Part shown: positions 1-9,934 of the stretch, piece by piece
Layout: every line of letters starts with the position of its first letter
Position numbering within the stretch: the stretch's first letter is position 1
The notes under the pieces: model-generated
Database searches by the model: none
What the model saw: only the letters and a program-made list of their open reading frames with translations
What the model was told of the DNA's origin: nothing
Position numbers and translations under genes: made by a program
Origin: a virus
Direction: 5' to 3' (one strand)
Length of the DNA stretch: 37,604 nt
Virus genome (UHGV): UHGV-0126502

Positions 1-53
1 AATTTAGGTTTGGTGGCGTGGTAGTTCGTGATTAGTTCGGTGTATTTGCTCAT
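1..53 (-). CDS. Partial gene, 5' end only: probable next baseplate/tail protein (gpI-like position), running off the left edge
   Basis: ATG at 51-53 (minus) overlaps the stop of the J-like gene as ATGA; reads MSKYTELITNYHATKPK to the window edge. Function assigned from position only. Confidence 0.35.
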   Translation of the reverse strand, partial: MSKYTELITNYHATKPK

Positions 54-1249
54 GACTCCACCGTTATAACGATATTTTCCGGGGTACAGGACGCAGATTC
101 GTTGTATCTGATATCAATGTTTGATGACGACAAAGCCCCCGGGGATTTCCCAATCGTCAGTTCCTGAATATCGTAATAGCGTGCATTCCCGCCACTCACC
201 ACGCCAAGATTCGCCGGTGAGTAAATGCGACTTAAAAGGACCGAATCACCAATCATCAGACTATTGATATAGTCGGAAATAGCCTGCTGGATCTGCTGCC
301 CTATCTGTGAGGTATAACCCGTAAAAACTTTTAATTTAATCCGGGCATAAACAGGCACATCACTGGAACGCGAGAATTTGATTACATGGGGATTGCCGTA
401 TTTATCCGGAACCGTAACGGATGTTGTACCGTGAGTGGCTGTCCCCTGGCCTTTATTTCCTCTGATAGCCTGAGCAATATCCGTCACATCACCGCCATCC
501 ACAATTACAGCAACAGAGTGTGGCGGTAACCCGTTACCGTCCTCCGAACCAGTATCGTTTTCATAGAGTTTGTGGCGGGTTACACCGGTAACATTAGAAA
601 CAGCACCATCCAGTGCTTCAAATGGGGTTATTGATGGCAACGCAACACTTTGCGACTGGCGGATACGTAACTCCGCATCAGTTTCTGCCGGAGTGCCCAC
701 AGTAGCCGCAGCAGGATTGGTTACCGAAACCCAGCCACGGGTTGGCGTATTTATTTCAGTGATAGTTCCAGCCAGCGCCGCCACTGCACCACTGACGGAA
801 CATATTGCGGTCGCCATCACTGTACCATCCACGCCGACCACTACTGAAGCAGGCAAACGCCATATCACATTATTACTGTCTTTCACGCTGCCATTAATGA
901 TGGTTGTTCCGGCAGTTCCTGTAAGAAGCAAATCAACCGTAGAGTTCGTCGCGCCTTTACGTGAAATACCATTTATTTTCACGTTACTGGTCAGTGCAGC
1001 CCCATAGCCGGTTGCTGGTGAAAAACAGTTGTAGACAGTTATAGCCATATTATTGGCATCATGAATCGCCAGCGCCATCAGAGCCACCATCTGACCGTCT
1101 TTACTGTCCGGTTCGAGGTAGGCATCACTACCATAAATCTGCTGAAAATAGCTAATCAGGGTGCTGAGTATCGTCTGATAATCAGGCGCACTGATCCCCT
1201 CCGCGGTTACCTTTGCAGATAAACCGAGAGAATCAAGGTTCAGAGCCAT
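50..1249 (-). CDS. Baseplate J-like protein (Mu gp47 / P2 gpJ family)
   Basis: 399-aa ORF; position after W- and V-like genes in a Mu-type baseplate order; sequence character typical of the baseplate J family. Confidence 0.75.
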   Translation of the reverse strand: MALNLDSLGLSAKVTAEGISAPDYQTILSTLISYFQQIYGSDAYLEPDSKDGQMVALMALAIHDANNMAITVYNCFSPATGYGAALTSNVKINGISRKGATNSTVDLLLTGTAGTTIINGSVKDSNNVIWRLPASVVVGVDGTVMATAICSVSGAVAALAGTITEINTPTRGWVSVTNPAAATVGTPAETDAELRIRQSQSVALPSITPFEALDGAVSNVTGVTRHKLYENDTGSEDGNGLPPHSVAVIVDGGDVTDIAQAIRGNKGQGTATHGTTSVTVPDKYGNPHVIKFSRSSDVPVYARIKLKVFTGYTSQIGQQIQQAISDYINSLMIGDSVLLSRIYSPANLGVVSGGNARYYDIQELTIGKSPGALSSSNIDIRYNESASCTPENIVITVES

Positions 1250-1602
1250 TACGCCTCCGATGTAACAGTCGTTATTCCATAAAGAGTGTCGATTTCAGCG
1301 GAAAACATGACACGTCGGGTCGTGGTATCCACCGTCGTATTGAAAGAGAGGATTGATTTAACGCCCCGCGTTTCGAGGATGCGCTTACGGATCGCCAGGT
1401 TGTAGGTTTCAGGCTTCTGCTTACCGAGTACGGACTGGATCCACGGAGTTCCCTCGGTGGTGTCGAGAAACCATTGCCCATACCACAATTCGAATCGCGT
1501 TTTTACCGCCTGCGCCACGGCCTCCGGTGAGTTAATCAGCCAGGTGTCATCACCGCTGCCAAAGGTGTAATCGCCATCGGCGTCTTCACGTCTGTATCGC
1601 AT
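1249..1602 (-). CDS. Baseplate assembly protein W-like (gp25-like wedge)
   Basis: 117-aa ORF whose start overlaps the stop of the V-like gene; size and position match gpW/Mu gp46. Confidence 0.6.
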   Translation of the reverse strand: MRYRREDADGDYTFGSGDDTWLINSPEAVAQAVKTRFELWYGQWFLDTTEGTPWIQSVLGKQKPETYNLAIRKRILETRGVKSILSFNTTVDTTTRRVMFSAEIDTLYGITTVTSEA

Positions 1603-2354
1603 CAGTTTACTCCGTCGGTATTGCTTCCACCGCGCTGAACACCACCATGAGTGTGCGTATCATCGATTGGCTTGCCGTTAGCCTTCACGCTACCCAAAAA
1701 CTCAACAGCACCAGTGATTTTTGAAGCCACACCAGAAACAACAGCCCCCACCATGCCACCCATCCAGGTTAACAGTCCATGAATGGTTACTTTCTCAGAA
1801 AAATCAGCCAGAGGGGCAACCACATCAAGACCACCCGGAGCGACAATTTTAATTTTCCTGGTATCAGGATTAAGCTCAAAATAGGTGCTGCCGTCATCAC
1901 TACGCAACTGTGTGGCACTGGTATTAATACCGCTAATCTTCCTTGCCTGCGACTGGGGACCGACAATACAAAACGCATCCGATAAATCATGCATTCTGTC
2001 ATCGACCGGCTCCTGTATCCCGCCGCTCTGCCACCAGAAATCAATACAACGATCGGCAAAAATCACCAAACATTCATCACCGGCTTTAACTGGGAACGTT
2101 AGCGTGCATCCTCCGCCGCGCGGGAATACCACTGGCACATCCACCAGCAATGGGTAATTTTTGGTAATGCGCTTGCCGTCATTATCCTTTTCAACCGAAC
2201 GGATAGCAGGCTGCACAACTGCCGTCACCGCATCAGGATCGAATGACTGAATAATGCCAGGCAAGGCGACACGGATCTGGTTCTTTGTTGTTTCCCTTTC
2301 AGATTTGAATGTTTCGGCAAGGTCGCCGCTGCGGGTCTGGTCAGATACTGCCAT
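1602..2354 (-). CDS. Baseplate spike / assembly protein V-like
   Basis: 250-aa ORF with Gly-rich C-terminus, GGAG RBS upstream; position in baseplate module. Confidence 0.65.
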   Translation of the reverse strand: MAVSDQTRSGDLAETFKSERETTKNQIRVALPGIIQSFDPDAVTAVVQPAIRSVEKDNDGKRITKNYPLLVDVPVVFPRGGGCTLTFPVKAGDECLVIFADRCIDFWWQSGGIQEPVDDRMHDLSDAFCIVGPQSQARKISGINTSATQLRSDDGSTYFELNPDTRKIKIVAPGGLDVVAPLADFSEKVTIHGLLTWMGGMVGAVVSGVASKITGAVEFLGSVKANGKPIDDTHTHGGVQRGGSNTDGVN

Positions 2355-2372
2355 TTAGTAGGCTCCAGAAAG

Positions 2373-2396
2373 CAAAAAACCCGCCATCCGGCGGGT
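2373..2396 (-). terminator. Intrinsic terminator downstream of the lipoprotein moron
   Basis: Plus strand reads caaaaaa-CCCGCC-atcc-GGCGGG; on the minus-strand RNA this is a GC stem followed by UUUUUUG. Confidence 0.7.
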
Positions 2397-2419
2397 TTTA
2401 TGTGACTAATTTGATCTTT

Positions 2420-3145
2420 TCAGTTTATAAGCCCCATCTTACCGGCGCTTCGATAGTTAATTACATCGCCTGAAGAGCCGCAAGGCACAGCTACAGTCGA
2501 CATTTTGACAAATCCTTTACCGCCCTGCTTTTGGCATAAAGTGGCATGCATTTTTGCTAAACGCGCAGCATGACCAAAATCAATTTTGGTTCCGTAAGTT
2601 GAATCTCGTAGAGCTGCTTTTTTTGCAATTCCGGTAATATTTTTGTCTTTAATTACAGATGCAAACAAACTCAAATCATTTCCAATTTGATTGAAGCAAG
2701 TACGATTAATATCAACATCGGCATACGCTGAAATGCGTTTGCAATCTGCGATCTGAGAAAGCACAGATGTGTTAACCAGTTGCAAATTTAATTTGTAGTC
2801 ACCGACATAGGTATAAACTTTGTTAGGGTCCGTGGTTCCCGGATAACGAGTTACGAATGGAATGCTGTTGTACGCATCTCGCAAAGATTCTGCACCCTTA
2901 CTTGTAAGCTCGTTCCCAACACCATCAACGATAACCTCTGGATGTGAAACTTCAAATTGAGACTTTTCTTCGCGCTGTATTTGAAGCCTGCTTTTCTGGC
3001 TCTCCTCAACTTGCTTATCGTACGCTTGTTTTTCTTCATTTTTTTGGGATAGCCATTTTTCCTGAGCTTTAGCACCATTAGGATCCCAACTACATGAAGT
3101 TAAAAAAAGAGAAAATACGATTGTGGTTATCGCAAGCCTGCTCAC
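2420..3145 (-). CDS. Lipoprotein of unknown function (moron inside the baseplate module)
   Basis: GTG start 2 nt after the upstream stop, GAGGTG RBS; N-terminus MSRLAITTIVFSLFLTSC is a signal peptide with lipobox L-T-S-C; Lys/Glu/Gln-rich probable coiled coil follows; visibly AT-richer than neighbours. Confidence 0.7.
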   Translation of the reverse strand: MSRLAITTIVFSLFLTSCSWDPNGAKAQEKWLSQKNEEKQAYDKQVEESQKSRLQIQREEKSQFEVSHPEVIVDGVGNELTSKGAESLRDAYNSIPFVTRYPGTTDPNKVYTYVGDYKLNLQLVNTSVLSQIADCKRISAYADVDINRTCFNQIGNDLSLFASVIKDKNITGIAKKAALRDSTYGTKIDFGHAARLAKMHATLCQKQGGKGFVKMSTVAVPCGSSGDVINYRSAGKMGLIN

Positions 3146-3147
3146 TA

Positions 3148-4212
3148 TTATGCACCTCGATTCATCGCTGACTGGCTAGGAATATCACTAGCACCTCGAG
3201 CAAAGCACATCATATCCATGTACCACGCCTGGCCCCTTGTGTCGCCAGTGTACATAATCCCGCGCACAATATAAACGCCATCCGTTGCGATGCTGGCAGG
3301 CTGCGATGTGGTGCCGCTTAGCGTGATATTTCCATCCGTGTTCTGGTCGGTGATCTGACCACCAGCCATCGCAATATCGTTGTTCGACAAGGCGGTACGA
3401 TACACGGAAGCCTGATCCAGCTGAATAAGTCCGTTAACCCGGATGTTCGGACTAATAAGCGCGCGGACGTTTACGCCGTTACCGATAGTCTGCTGCGGCA
3501 TGCCAATAAGCCCGGTAGCGCTGTTGAGCACAATCGCTTCATGAACATATTTGTTATTCGCCACCATCTGGCGCTGACCGTCCACGAATTGCCATGTTGC
3601 GCCACATTGCCCGGCTACGTTATCCATTAGATGCCGCGTCATGCCAAAGAGTACCCGCCCCCGGGGGAATACAGTAGCAGGCATTTCAGGCGTCAGGCCT
3701 TCGGTCGCGCCTTTGGCTTCGAAGTCTTTCATCAGCGCACGGTTTACATCAGCGACCGTGTAACCGGCAGCCAGCGTCTGTGAGGTTATACTGGTGGCAA
3801 AAGCCAGATCAGTATCTGCTGCCTGAATCAGGACGTAGGTATCAACCGGACTGTCTTTTCCTGTGACCGAGTAGCGAATTTCACCGCTGAAAATCAGTCC
3901 GTAGTTGCGGCCATCTCTCTGGCCCACGTCCGCCGCGTCAACTTCCCGCACGGTCCCTACGTCGCTTGCTGACACCTCCGGCGCGATACCGTCGTAACCG
4001 GCAATCAGACGCACTTTCGAAAACTCCTGCCCGGTAATTCGGTTCACAGTATCTGCCGAGAGGTTATAAATTTTGATAGTCCCTACCCGGGACGCGCTGC
4101 TGATGTTGAACCAGTCGATCGTAAAGGTGACTTTGAAATCACTTAGCTCAATTCCCTGACCGTTCCCGTCCACAAGCTGCAGCTCGAAATGTCTCATCCA
4201 GTTCTGTGACAT
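3148..4212 (-). CDS. Baseplate hub-like tail protein
   Basis: 354-aa ORF between the tape-measure region and the spike; in the late operon. Confidence 0.55.
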   Translation of the reverse strand: MSQNWMRHFELQLVDGNGQGIELSDFKVTFTIDWFNISSASRVGTIKIYNLSADTVNRITGQEFSKVRLIAGYDGIAPEVSASDVGTVREVDAADVGQRDGRNYGLIFSGEIRYSVTGKDSPVDTYVLIQAADTDLAFATSITSQTLAAGYTVADVNRALMKDFEAKGATEGLTPEMPATVFPRGRVLFGMTRHLMDNVAGQCGATWQFVDGQRQMVANNKYVHEAIVLNSATGLIGMPQQTIGNGVNVRALISPNIRVNGLIQLDQASVYRTALSNNDIAMAGGQITDQNTDGNITLSGTTSQPASIATDGVYIVRGIMYTGDTRGQAWYMDMMCFARGASDIPSQSAMNRGA

Positions 4213-4214
4213 GC

Positions 4215-4517
4215 TTACTCCGTTGATACCAGTAAATGGCTGCGACCGCCCAGGTCAGTTTTTGTGGGGTAATCCTGTGTGTTGTCATCACAGACCACCA
4301 CCAGCTTAAAACCAAGCCCCATACAGGCGTACTGCGCCAGCAGGTCAGCACCAGTGACGAGAGGAATACCGGAGATTACCGGCTCCCCTCTGTCGTTCTG
4401 CAGGTCCATAATCCAGTACAGATCGCGCCATATGATGCTAATCCGCCAGGTGACACCACCCAGGACGATGCTGAACTGCTGATTGTCCGCTGTCAGCGGA
4501 ATTTCCTGAATTGTCAT
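4215..4517 (-). CDS. Small tail/baseplate protein (hypothetical)
   Basis: 100-aa ORF tightly packed (start/stop overlaps) between tail genes. Confidence 0.5.
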   Translation of the reverse strand: MTIQEIPLTADNQQFSIVLGGVTWRISIIWRDLYWIMDLQNDRGEPVISGIPLVTGADLLAQYACMGLGFKLVVVCDDNTQDYPTKTDLGGRSHLLVSTE

Positions 4518-5104
4518 TAGCCGCCCCCCAGTAATGACGCCACGTTACCCGTGATGCTTTTCAGCAGTGAAGTATCTGGAGGCTTTATGGTTTTGTTGCC
4601 GCTGTTCTGTACCGCCGACGTGCTGGCCCCTTCCTTCATGTTGGTTTTATCCGCGACGGTAATCTGCTGTGTCCGGGAGATAATGACCTCCCTCAGGGTG
4701 AGGACGGCGGACAGGACGTTTTCGGTTGTCTTGTCCGTCGTCACTTCCAGCGCCCGGATCAACATGTTGCTGTACAGCCGTTTACCGGTTACCACATCGA
4801 AGGGGATACGGCTTTCCTGCAGACCCAGTAGCTCCTGATACGTCTGCTGAGGACTCAGGCCGAGCAGGCTGGTAGCCGTCAGGTTACTGGCAAAATCCAG
4901 CAATGCGCCGCCACCGGCGAAACCAACCTCCATCACCACTTCTGACGGTTTTTTATAGGCATGATCAGCGACAGCGGCCCCGACCTCTACCGGATGCTCT
5001 GTTATTTCAAGCATATCTGTATGCTTCTCTGAAATAACAACACTGGGAACAATCATTCCTATTTTTCTGCTCTGCTGATGAAAAAGTGTAGAGAGAATAT
5101 CCAC
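4517..5104 (-). CDS. Tail protein just after the tape measure (hypothetical; possibly DNA-circulation/baseplate assembly-like)
   Basis: 195-aa ORF, start overlaps the tape-measure stop. Confidence 0.5.
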   Translation of the reverse strand: MDILSTLFHQQSRKIGMIVPSVVISEKHTDMLEITEHPVEVGAAVADHAYKKPSEVVMEVGFAGGGALLDFASNLTATSLLGLSPQQTYQELLGLQESRIPFDVVTGKRLYSNMLIRALEVTTDKTTENVLSAVLTLREVIISRTQQITVADKTNMKEGASTSAVQNSGNKTIKPPDTSLLKSITGNVASLLGGG

Positions 5105-7092
5105 TAACCCACCCTCACCTGATTACTTCGCATGACCTGAGCATTTGCAGACTGTTGCCGACGTGCAACCTCATTACCGACAGCGTGCGGATCTCCGCCA
5201 CCGTAAATGTGGTAGGTATTTTGCTGGTTAACCTCTGTCACTTTGCCACTAATTCCCGCCACGGCAGCCTTATTAATCAGCTCCCGAGAATAGATATTTC
5301 TTCCATTCTCATGCTGGATAATGCTGCTCATCAATGCTGACATGGTTTGCGGATCGCTCATATTCAGGGCAGCCCGGGGAGCCACTCCCAGTCGTTGCGA
5401 TACAGCCCTGATATACGCAGTTGTGTTGTTATTATCAGACGCAGGTGCCCAGGTAGAGATAATTTTCTCCACACTGTTTATTCCCCGTCCGGCGTACAGC
5501 ATTAACTGACGAGCAAGAGCCCGTAATCCATCAAAGGCAGTTTCAAATCTGGCAAATCGCCCGCCCGGGCGTTCAAGAGAAGCCCCTGCCTGACCAGCAA
5601 AATTAAGGTTTCCCGGATTGTTATTCCGTTCTCCTCGTTTCGTAGCCTGTGCATGTTGTTCCGGCTCATCATCACCAAACCAGCCGCGTACCGTCCGGCC
5701 CACACTGCGGGGATCGAATCCCCAGTGCTCTTTAATCCAGTCGGCAGTACTGTTAGCGCTGTCTGTAACCATCGGCATCGCTGACGGATTTTCGCTGCCC
5801 TGATTAAGTATCTGTTTGCCGATGCTGACGGCATCAGCCCAGCGGCCATCTTTGATAGCGTTGAGCAGGTCAGCGATCATGTTCAGCATTTTGCTGAATT
5901 CGCCCATCTGGTCGATGAAGTTGCTGAAATCCCACTTCAGGGACCATGATTTGGGGTCAATATTGAGCAGTTTCGCCAGCGCTTTCACCAGGTCGTTAAC
6001 GGTCGTTTTAAGGTCACGAACCATCTTCAGCGCGGCATCGACCTCCGGTTTCCACTTGCCCCAGTCAATCAGGCTGTCGCCGCCTTCCTTCCAGGTCTGA
6101 TAGTCCTCCCACAGGAGGGCAATACCCGCCGCCAGCGCGGTAATGAGGCCAATCGGCGACATCCAGAACGTACTGTTCAGAATGCGCAGCGCAATCGTCA
6201 GTGCGCCAAACAGCGAGATCAACTCCCGCGTTTGCTTATCCAGCGATTGCCACCAGGTGATAAGGCCTGATGTCCCCTCAATCAGTCTGAAGAACAGCCG
6301 CCCAATAATATCCCCGAGCGCCAGAATGCCTTTTATGGCTTTCGTCAGGGTCTGCTCGATACGAGGGAAGTTGTCCAGGATATGGCGGCGCAGGGTGTCC
6401 AGCGAACCCGCAAGCCCCCACGCAAGATTAGAGCCGATTTTGTCACGGGCCATGCCTGCCATCGCGCCAAACTCACGCAGGGAGGTCATAAATTTGTTGG
6501 AGCTTCTGGCCGCCTCGTCAGCATTGAAGCCGATAGCTTTCGCCATTGCGCTGTACTGCCCGGAGAAGCCACCCACACCCCGGCGCATCGCCATAAGGGT
6601 ATTTTCGTCAATGCCCAGCATCTGCGCATACTGGTTAGCCCGGTAATACGGCATGCTGCTGAGTTTCTGTCCAACGCCCGTAAAAATAGCGGCCATGTCA
6701 CGCATGTTACCGCTGGCATCACGGGTCTGTACGCCCAGGCGATTCAGAAAGCCTTCTGCACCGGGATTGTTACGAATAAACCGGGAGAGGCTTTCCAGAG
6801 AAGATCGCGCAGCGTCCACGCTGCCGCCAACCTGCGAAACCGCATAGCCAATAGACTGAATTCCCTGGACTGTCGCGCCGGTGCGCTGTGACGCCCAGTA
6901 AAGATTATCCAGGCCGGAGGCGATCTTAGCCGTGAAGGCCACCACGGACAGCGCAGCTCCTTCAACAGCCAGCCCCATTTTGATGACATTTGCAGTTGTA
7001 CCGGCGAGGACAGAACCGAACTTTTTCGCTCCTGCATCATCCACACTGAAGCCAAGCGAGACGAGGAAATCTTTAATAGTTTCAGCGTTCAT
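5104..7092 (-). CDS. Tail tape measure protein
   Basis: Largest ORF of the tail module, Ala/Gly-rich with internal hydrophobic helices, directly after the chaperone pair. ORF track starts at TTG 7113; ATG at 7090-7092 with GGAGAGAGG RBS is the more likely start. Confidence 0.85.
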   Translation of the reverse strand: MNAETIKDFLVSLGFSVDDAGAKKFGSVLAGTTANVIKMGLAVEGAALSVVAFTAKIASGLDNLYWASQRTGATVQGIQSIGYAVSQVGGSVDAARSSLESLSRFIRNNPGAEGFLNRLGVQTRDASGNMRDMAAIFTGVGQKLSSMPYYRANQYAQMLGIDENTLMAMRRGVGGFSGQYSAMAKAIGFNADEAARSSNKFMTSLREFGAMAGMARDKIGSNLAWGLAGSLDTLRRHILDNFPRIEQTLTKAIKGILALGDIIGRLFFRLIEGTSGLITWWQSLDKQTRELISLFGALTIALRILNSTFWMSPIGLITALAAGIALLWEDYQTWKEGGDSLIDWGKWKPEVDAALKMVRDLKTTVNDLVKALAKLLNIDPKSWSLKWDFSNFIDQMGEFSKMLNMIADLLNAIKDGRWADAVSIGKQILNQGSENPSAMPMVTDSANSTADWIKEHWGFDPRSVGRTVRGWFGDDEPEQHAQATKRGERNNNPGNLNFAGQAGASLERPGGRFARFETAFDGLRALARQLMLYAGRGINSVEKIISTWAPASDNNNTTAYIRAVSQRLGVAPRAALNMSDPQTMSALMSSIIQHENGRNIYSRELINKAAVAGISGKVTEVNQQNTYHIYGGGDPHAVGNEVARRQQSANAQVMRSNQVRVG

Positions 7093-7722
7093 TATCCTCT
7101 CTCCATTTCTCAATGCGCCGCTGGTTATCCGCTTTTACCGCCAGATGGTCATTCAAAAGAGCAATATCGTACAAATCGACAGAGCCATCTTTAAGTGCTG
7201 TATAAGGAATTAACCCGGCGTCAACCGGATTGAGAAGGTAGGACAGCCCGTCCGGCAGGCTGTTAAACGTCAGCCCTGTTGCAGGCTCTGCGTCGTGCTG
7301 GTAAGGGGTGTAGGCAAAAAATTTCCCAGCGAATCGGCGACCACCCGCGCCACCAGCTGCAGCATGACCAGCAAGTCAATATCATCAAACATCAGTTCGC
7401 CCTGGGTAAATACCGGAACCCATCCGTCCATATGACGCCGCGATACCACCGCAAGACAGGGATGAATAATCGCACTGGTGTCATCTTCGGTCAGGGAAGA
7501 CAGTTCCTCAGCGATACGCGGGAGCATGGTTTCAAACACCGGTTTTAACTGCTCGAATTTCACGGTGTCGATTTTGCCATCAGCAGGCAAACGGGAGCGA
7601 ATGCTCCCGAAATCTGACATCATTCCTGCCAGCACCGGCAGAAGTTTGCGGGTCACTTTCAGTTGGTCAAAAACGCTGAGTTTTGCCACGCGATATTTCA
7701 CGCCTTTGATTTCGAACTCCAT
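7082..7722 (-). CDS. Predicted -1 frameshift fusion product of the tail assembly chaperone (GT-like)
   Basis: On the minus strand, codons GGA AAT TTT TTG contain T_TTT_TTG (plus 7315-7321); the -1 frame is open for about 76 more codons (FFAYTPYQHDAEPATGLTFNSLPDGL...EKWREDNER) to TGA at 7082-7084, filling the otherwise non-coding gap before the tape measure. Confidence 0.55.
7270..7722 (-). CDS. Tail assembly chaperone (G-like, zero-frame product)
   Basis: 150-aa ORF immediately upstream of the tape measure; slippery heptamer near its 3' end. Confidence 0.7.
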   Translation of the reverse strand: MEFEIKGVKYRVAKLSVFDQLKVTRKLLPVLAGMMSDFGSIRSRLPADGKIDTVKFEQLKPVFETMLPRIAEELSSLTEDDTSAIIHPCLAVVSRRHMDGWVPVFTQGELMFDDIDLLVMLQLVARVVADSLGNFLPTPLTSTTQSLQQG

Positions 7723-7725
7723 GTA

Positions 7726-8166
7726 TTAAAACTCCCCGAGAACCTGGTCAATCTTGCCGCAGTCAAACACCCACGGCATCGTATTACCGGTTTTAGCGTT
7801 GGCGTTATCCGGTTGTTTCTGGAACGCAACACTGCGTGCCGTGATGATGTCGCCGCTGACCTTGTTGCGGATCACGATAACGTTATTCCCCCATGTGGCA
7901 GAAGACTGGCTCTGTGCGTTATACGCCAGCGACAATTTTTTATTTGTCGGTGATGTCTTCAGAAGGTTAACGGTAATCGTCCCGCTTTTATCTGCATGGA
8001 GACTGTGCATCACTTCGCCATCAGCACCGATGGTCATGGTGTTTTTAGGACCGCCCATCGCAACCACAATCCCCTCTTCAGAACTTGCCGAACCGTACCC
8101 GAGGTCAATCGAACCTGTCGGCCCGGTCAGCGTCGCAGTGACATCCATAAAAGAATAGGTAGACAT
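7726..8166 (-). CDS. Tail tube protein
   Basis: 146-aa ORF directly downstream of the sheath gene. Confidence 0.7.
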   Translation of the reverse strand: MSTYSFMDVTATLTGPTGSIDLGYGSASSEEGIVVAMGGPKNTMTIGADGEVMHSLHADKSGTITVNLLKTSPTNKKLSLAYNAQSQSSATWGNNVIVIRNKVSGDIITARSVAFQKQPDNANAKTGNTMPWVFDCGKIDQVLGEF

Positions 8167-8176
8167 TCACTTCCCC

Positions 8177-9322
8177 TTAGCGAACAACGTTAATCTGTAC
8201 GTCAGCGTAATGAACCGCGCCTGCAAGTTTTATTGCAGCCTGAATCACCGGAGCCTTACGGGCTTCACGTTCTGATTGAGCCTGTTCATCCAGCGGCTGA
8301 GCGTATACGTAATAACCTTTGGGCAGTGTGTCACCTGATGACAACTGACCAAGGTCGCCCCCGTTCCATACGCCCGGAGCAATCAGTCCATTCTGAACGG
8401 CCTGATCCAGTGATTTTTCAACATTTGATAACAGTCGGGTAATACCGGCTTCAGTCTGGGGAACTTTCGTGGTGCTGGTATAAAGCAGGTTATAGAGGCT
8501 GGTCTGCACATAATTCTGTAACCAGTCCAGGCCGTGGCGTTCATCAAAGAAATCGCCGTTAGCCATCACTCCCTGCTGGAGGATAGCTGTATCATTCTGG
8601 TAGTACACGAACACATTGCAGTTTTTTGCATCAAGTGCCGATGCCTGGCTGACTGTCAGTGTTTCATACCCGACCCCCGGCTCCTGCTTAAACTTGAGCG
8701 TAATCGCGGTATTACTGCCATTGAAATTAACCGTGAATGCCCGGCCAAATGCAGATAACGCAGCGTATTTATTACCCGATGAATACTGAATAAAACTGCG
8801 TGAATATCCGGCGGTTTTCAGTTTTGATGCCAAATCATCGCTGGATGCAGTCTGCAGGCATTTATCATCGCTTGTCGTAATCGCCAGAATACGGCTTACA
8901 GAAGAGGATTCGATCGCCGCAGCCACTTTCAGCCAGTCTGCATCCGGAATATCTTCATCGTCTGCAATCCCCAGCCCATACCATGAAGTATAATCGAGCA
9001 TGGCATTCACAGCCTGCTCCAGCGTCTCAGGCGTGGCCTGTTCGCTGTCACCCTTCGTTTTCACCCAACGACCAACAAAAACCTCCTGAGGTTTCGGTGA
9101 TTGTGAGAAAAACACCTGCGCAGCTTTATATTCTGGTGATTCCACGCCAAAATCTTTTCCAATATCTTCCGCGGCAGAATAACGACGAATGCGCTCACTT
9201 ACCGGAATGATTGTGGACGGGCCGAGAATGAGTAATGCACCAAAATTTCGCCCTGATGCTGCACGCGGCGACATGATCACATCAACATTAACAACGTTTG
9301 ATACAGGCAAGCCCTGTGCCAT
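8177..9322 (-). CDS. Contractile tail sheath protein
   Basis: 381-aa ORF upstream of tube and chaperone genes; size and position match sheath. Confidence 0.75.
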   Translation of the reverse strand: MAQGLPVSNVVNVDVIMSPRAASGRNFGALLILGPSTIIPVSERIRRYSAAEDIGKDFGVESPEYKAAQVFFSQSPKPQEVFVGRWVKTKGDSEQATPETLEQAVNAMLDYTSWYGLGIADDEDIPDADWLKVAAAIESSSVSRILAITTSDDKCLQTASSDDLASKLKTAGYSRSFIQYSSGNKYAALSAFGRAFTVNFNGSNTAITLKFKQEPGVGYETLTVSQASALDAKNCNVFVYYQNDTAILQQGVMANGDFFDERHGLDWLQNYVQTSLYNLLYTSTTKVPQTEAGITRLLSNVEKSLDQAVQNGLIAPGVWNGGDLGQLSSGDTLPKGYYVYAQPLDEQAQSEREARKAPVIQAAIKLAGAVHYADVQINVVR

Positions 9323-9325
9323 AGC

Positions 9326-9934
9326 TTAATCTCCGAAAAAGATGACTGGTGCTTCCACCAGCGATTTAATACCGTACTCGCGCACAACCTTCCGGCGCAG
9401 GCACACCGTCATATCGTAGCGGCGGACCCATTGCTGATTAATAAGTTCAGGGAAGGGAGTCAGACCTGTGTAATCGCCAAGAGACAGCCCCAGCGCATTC
9501 AGTGCTGCATTGTTCTGCGGCACAGATATACCGTCACGAAACCGGGACGCATACACCATCCCCGCCGGTCCATAAAACGAAGCCATACACTCAATCGTTT
9601 CATGCCGCCAGAGCTGAGAGCCATCATCGGTCTGTCTGGTGAATGCCGGACTGTCATCACCTGACCATCCGATAACCCCAAACGCACACCAGTTCGTTTC
9701 AACCGGTAGCAGTGGCGGCTGCTCTTTCTGCCAGCGCGGGCGAACCATCCCGGCAGACAGGCCGGAAACGTTACGCATCCACTGGCTTAACAGCCTGTCG
9801 AGCGCTTCGTCATAATCCGGATCGCCACTGGTTGGTATCAGCCATCCGCGCTCTGTGCTGGTGTTATTGCTCAACCGGAATTCCCCCATCAAACGGCAGC
9901 AACTCACAATGCGCCTGAACGAATCCGGCACCAT
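9326..9934 (-). CDS. Hypothetical virion protein (neck/tail completion region)
   Basis: ORF between head-completion genes and sheath; alternative start at Met16 (9889) would reduce the overlap with the upstream gene. Confidence 0.45.
   Translation of the reverse strand: MVPDSFRRIVSCCRLMGEFRLSNNTSTERGWLIPTSGDPDYDEALDRLLSQWMRNVSGLSAGMVRPRWQKEQPPLLPVETNWCAFGVIGWSGDDSPAFTRQTDDGSQLWRHETIECMASFYGPAGMVYASRFRDGISVPQNNAALNALGLSLGDYTGLTPFPELINQQWVRRYDMTVCLRRKVVREYGIKSLVEAPVIFFGD

Noticed and set aside
570-2157. Plus-strand ORFs (570-1007, 1779-1985, 1885-2157) and minus-strand alternative-frame ORFs (1272-1481, 1787-2059) inside the baseplate genes
   Set aside because: They lie entirely within longer, well-organised minus-strand genes, have odd composition and no RBS; treated as frame shadows.
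5155-7213. Multiple plus-strand and alternative-frame ORFs within the tape measure gene
   Set aside because: GC-rich long genes generate long antisense open frames; none has RBS or context support.
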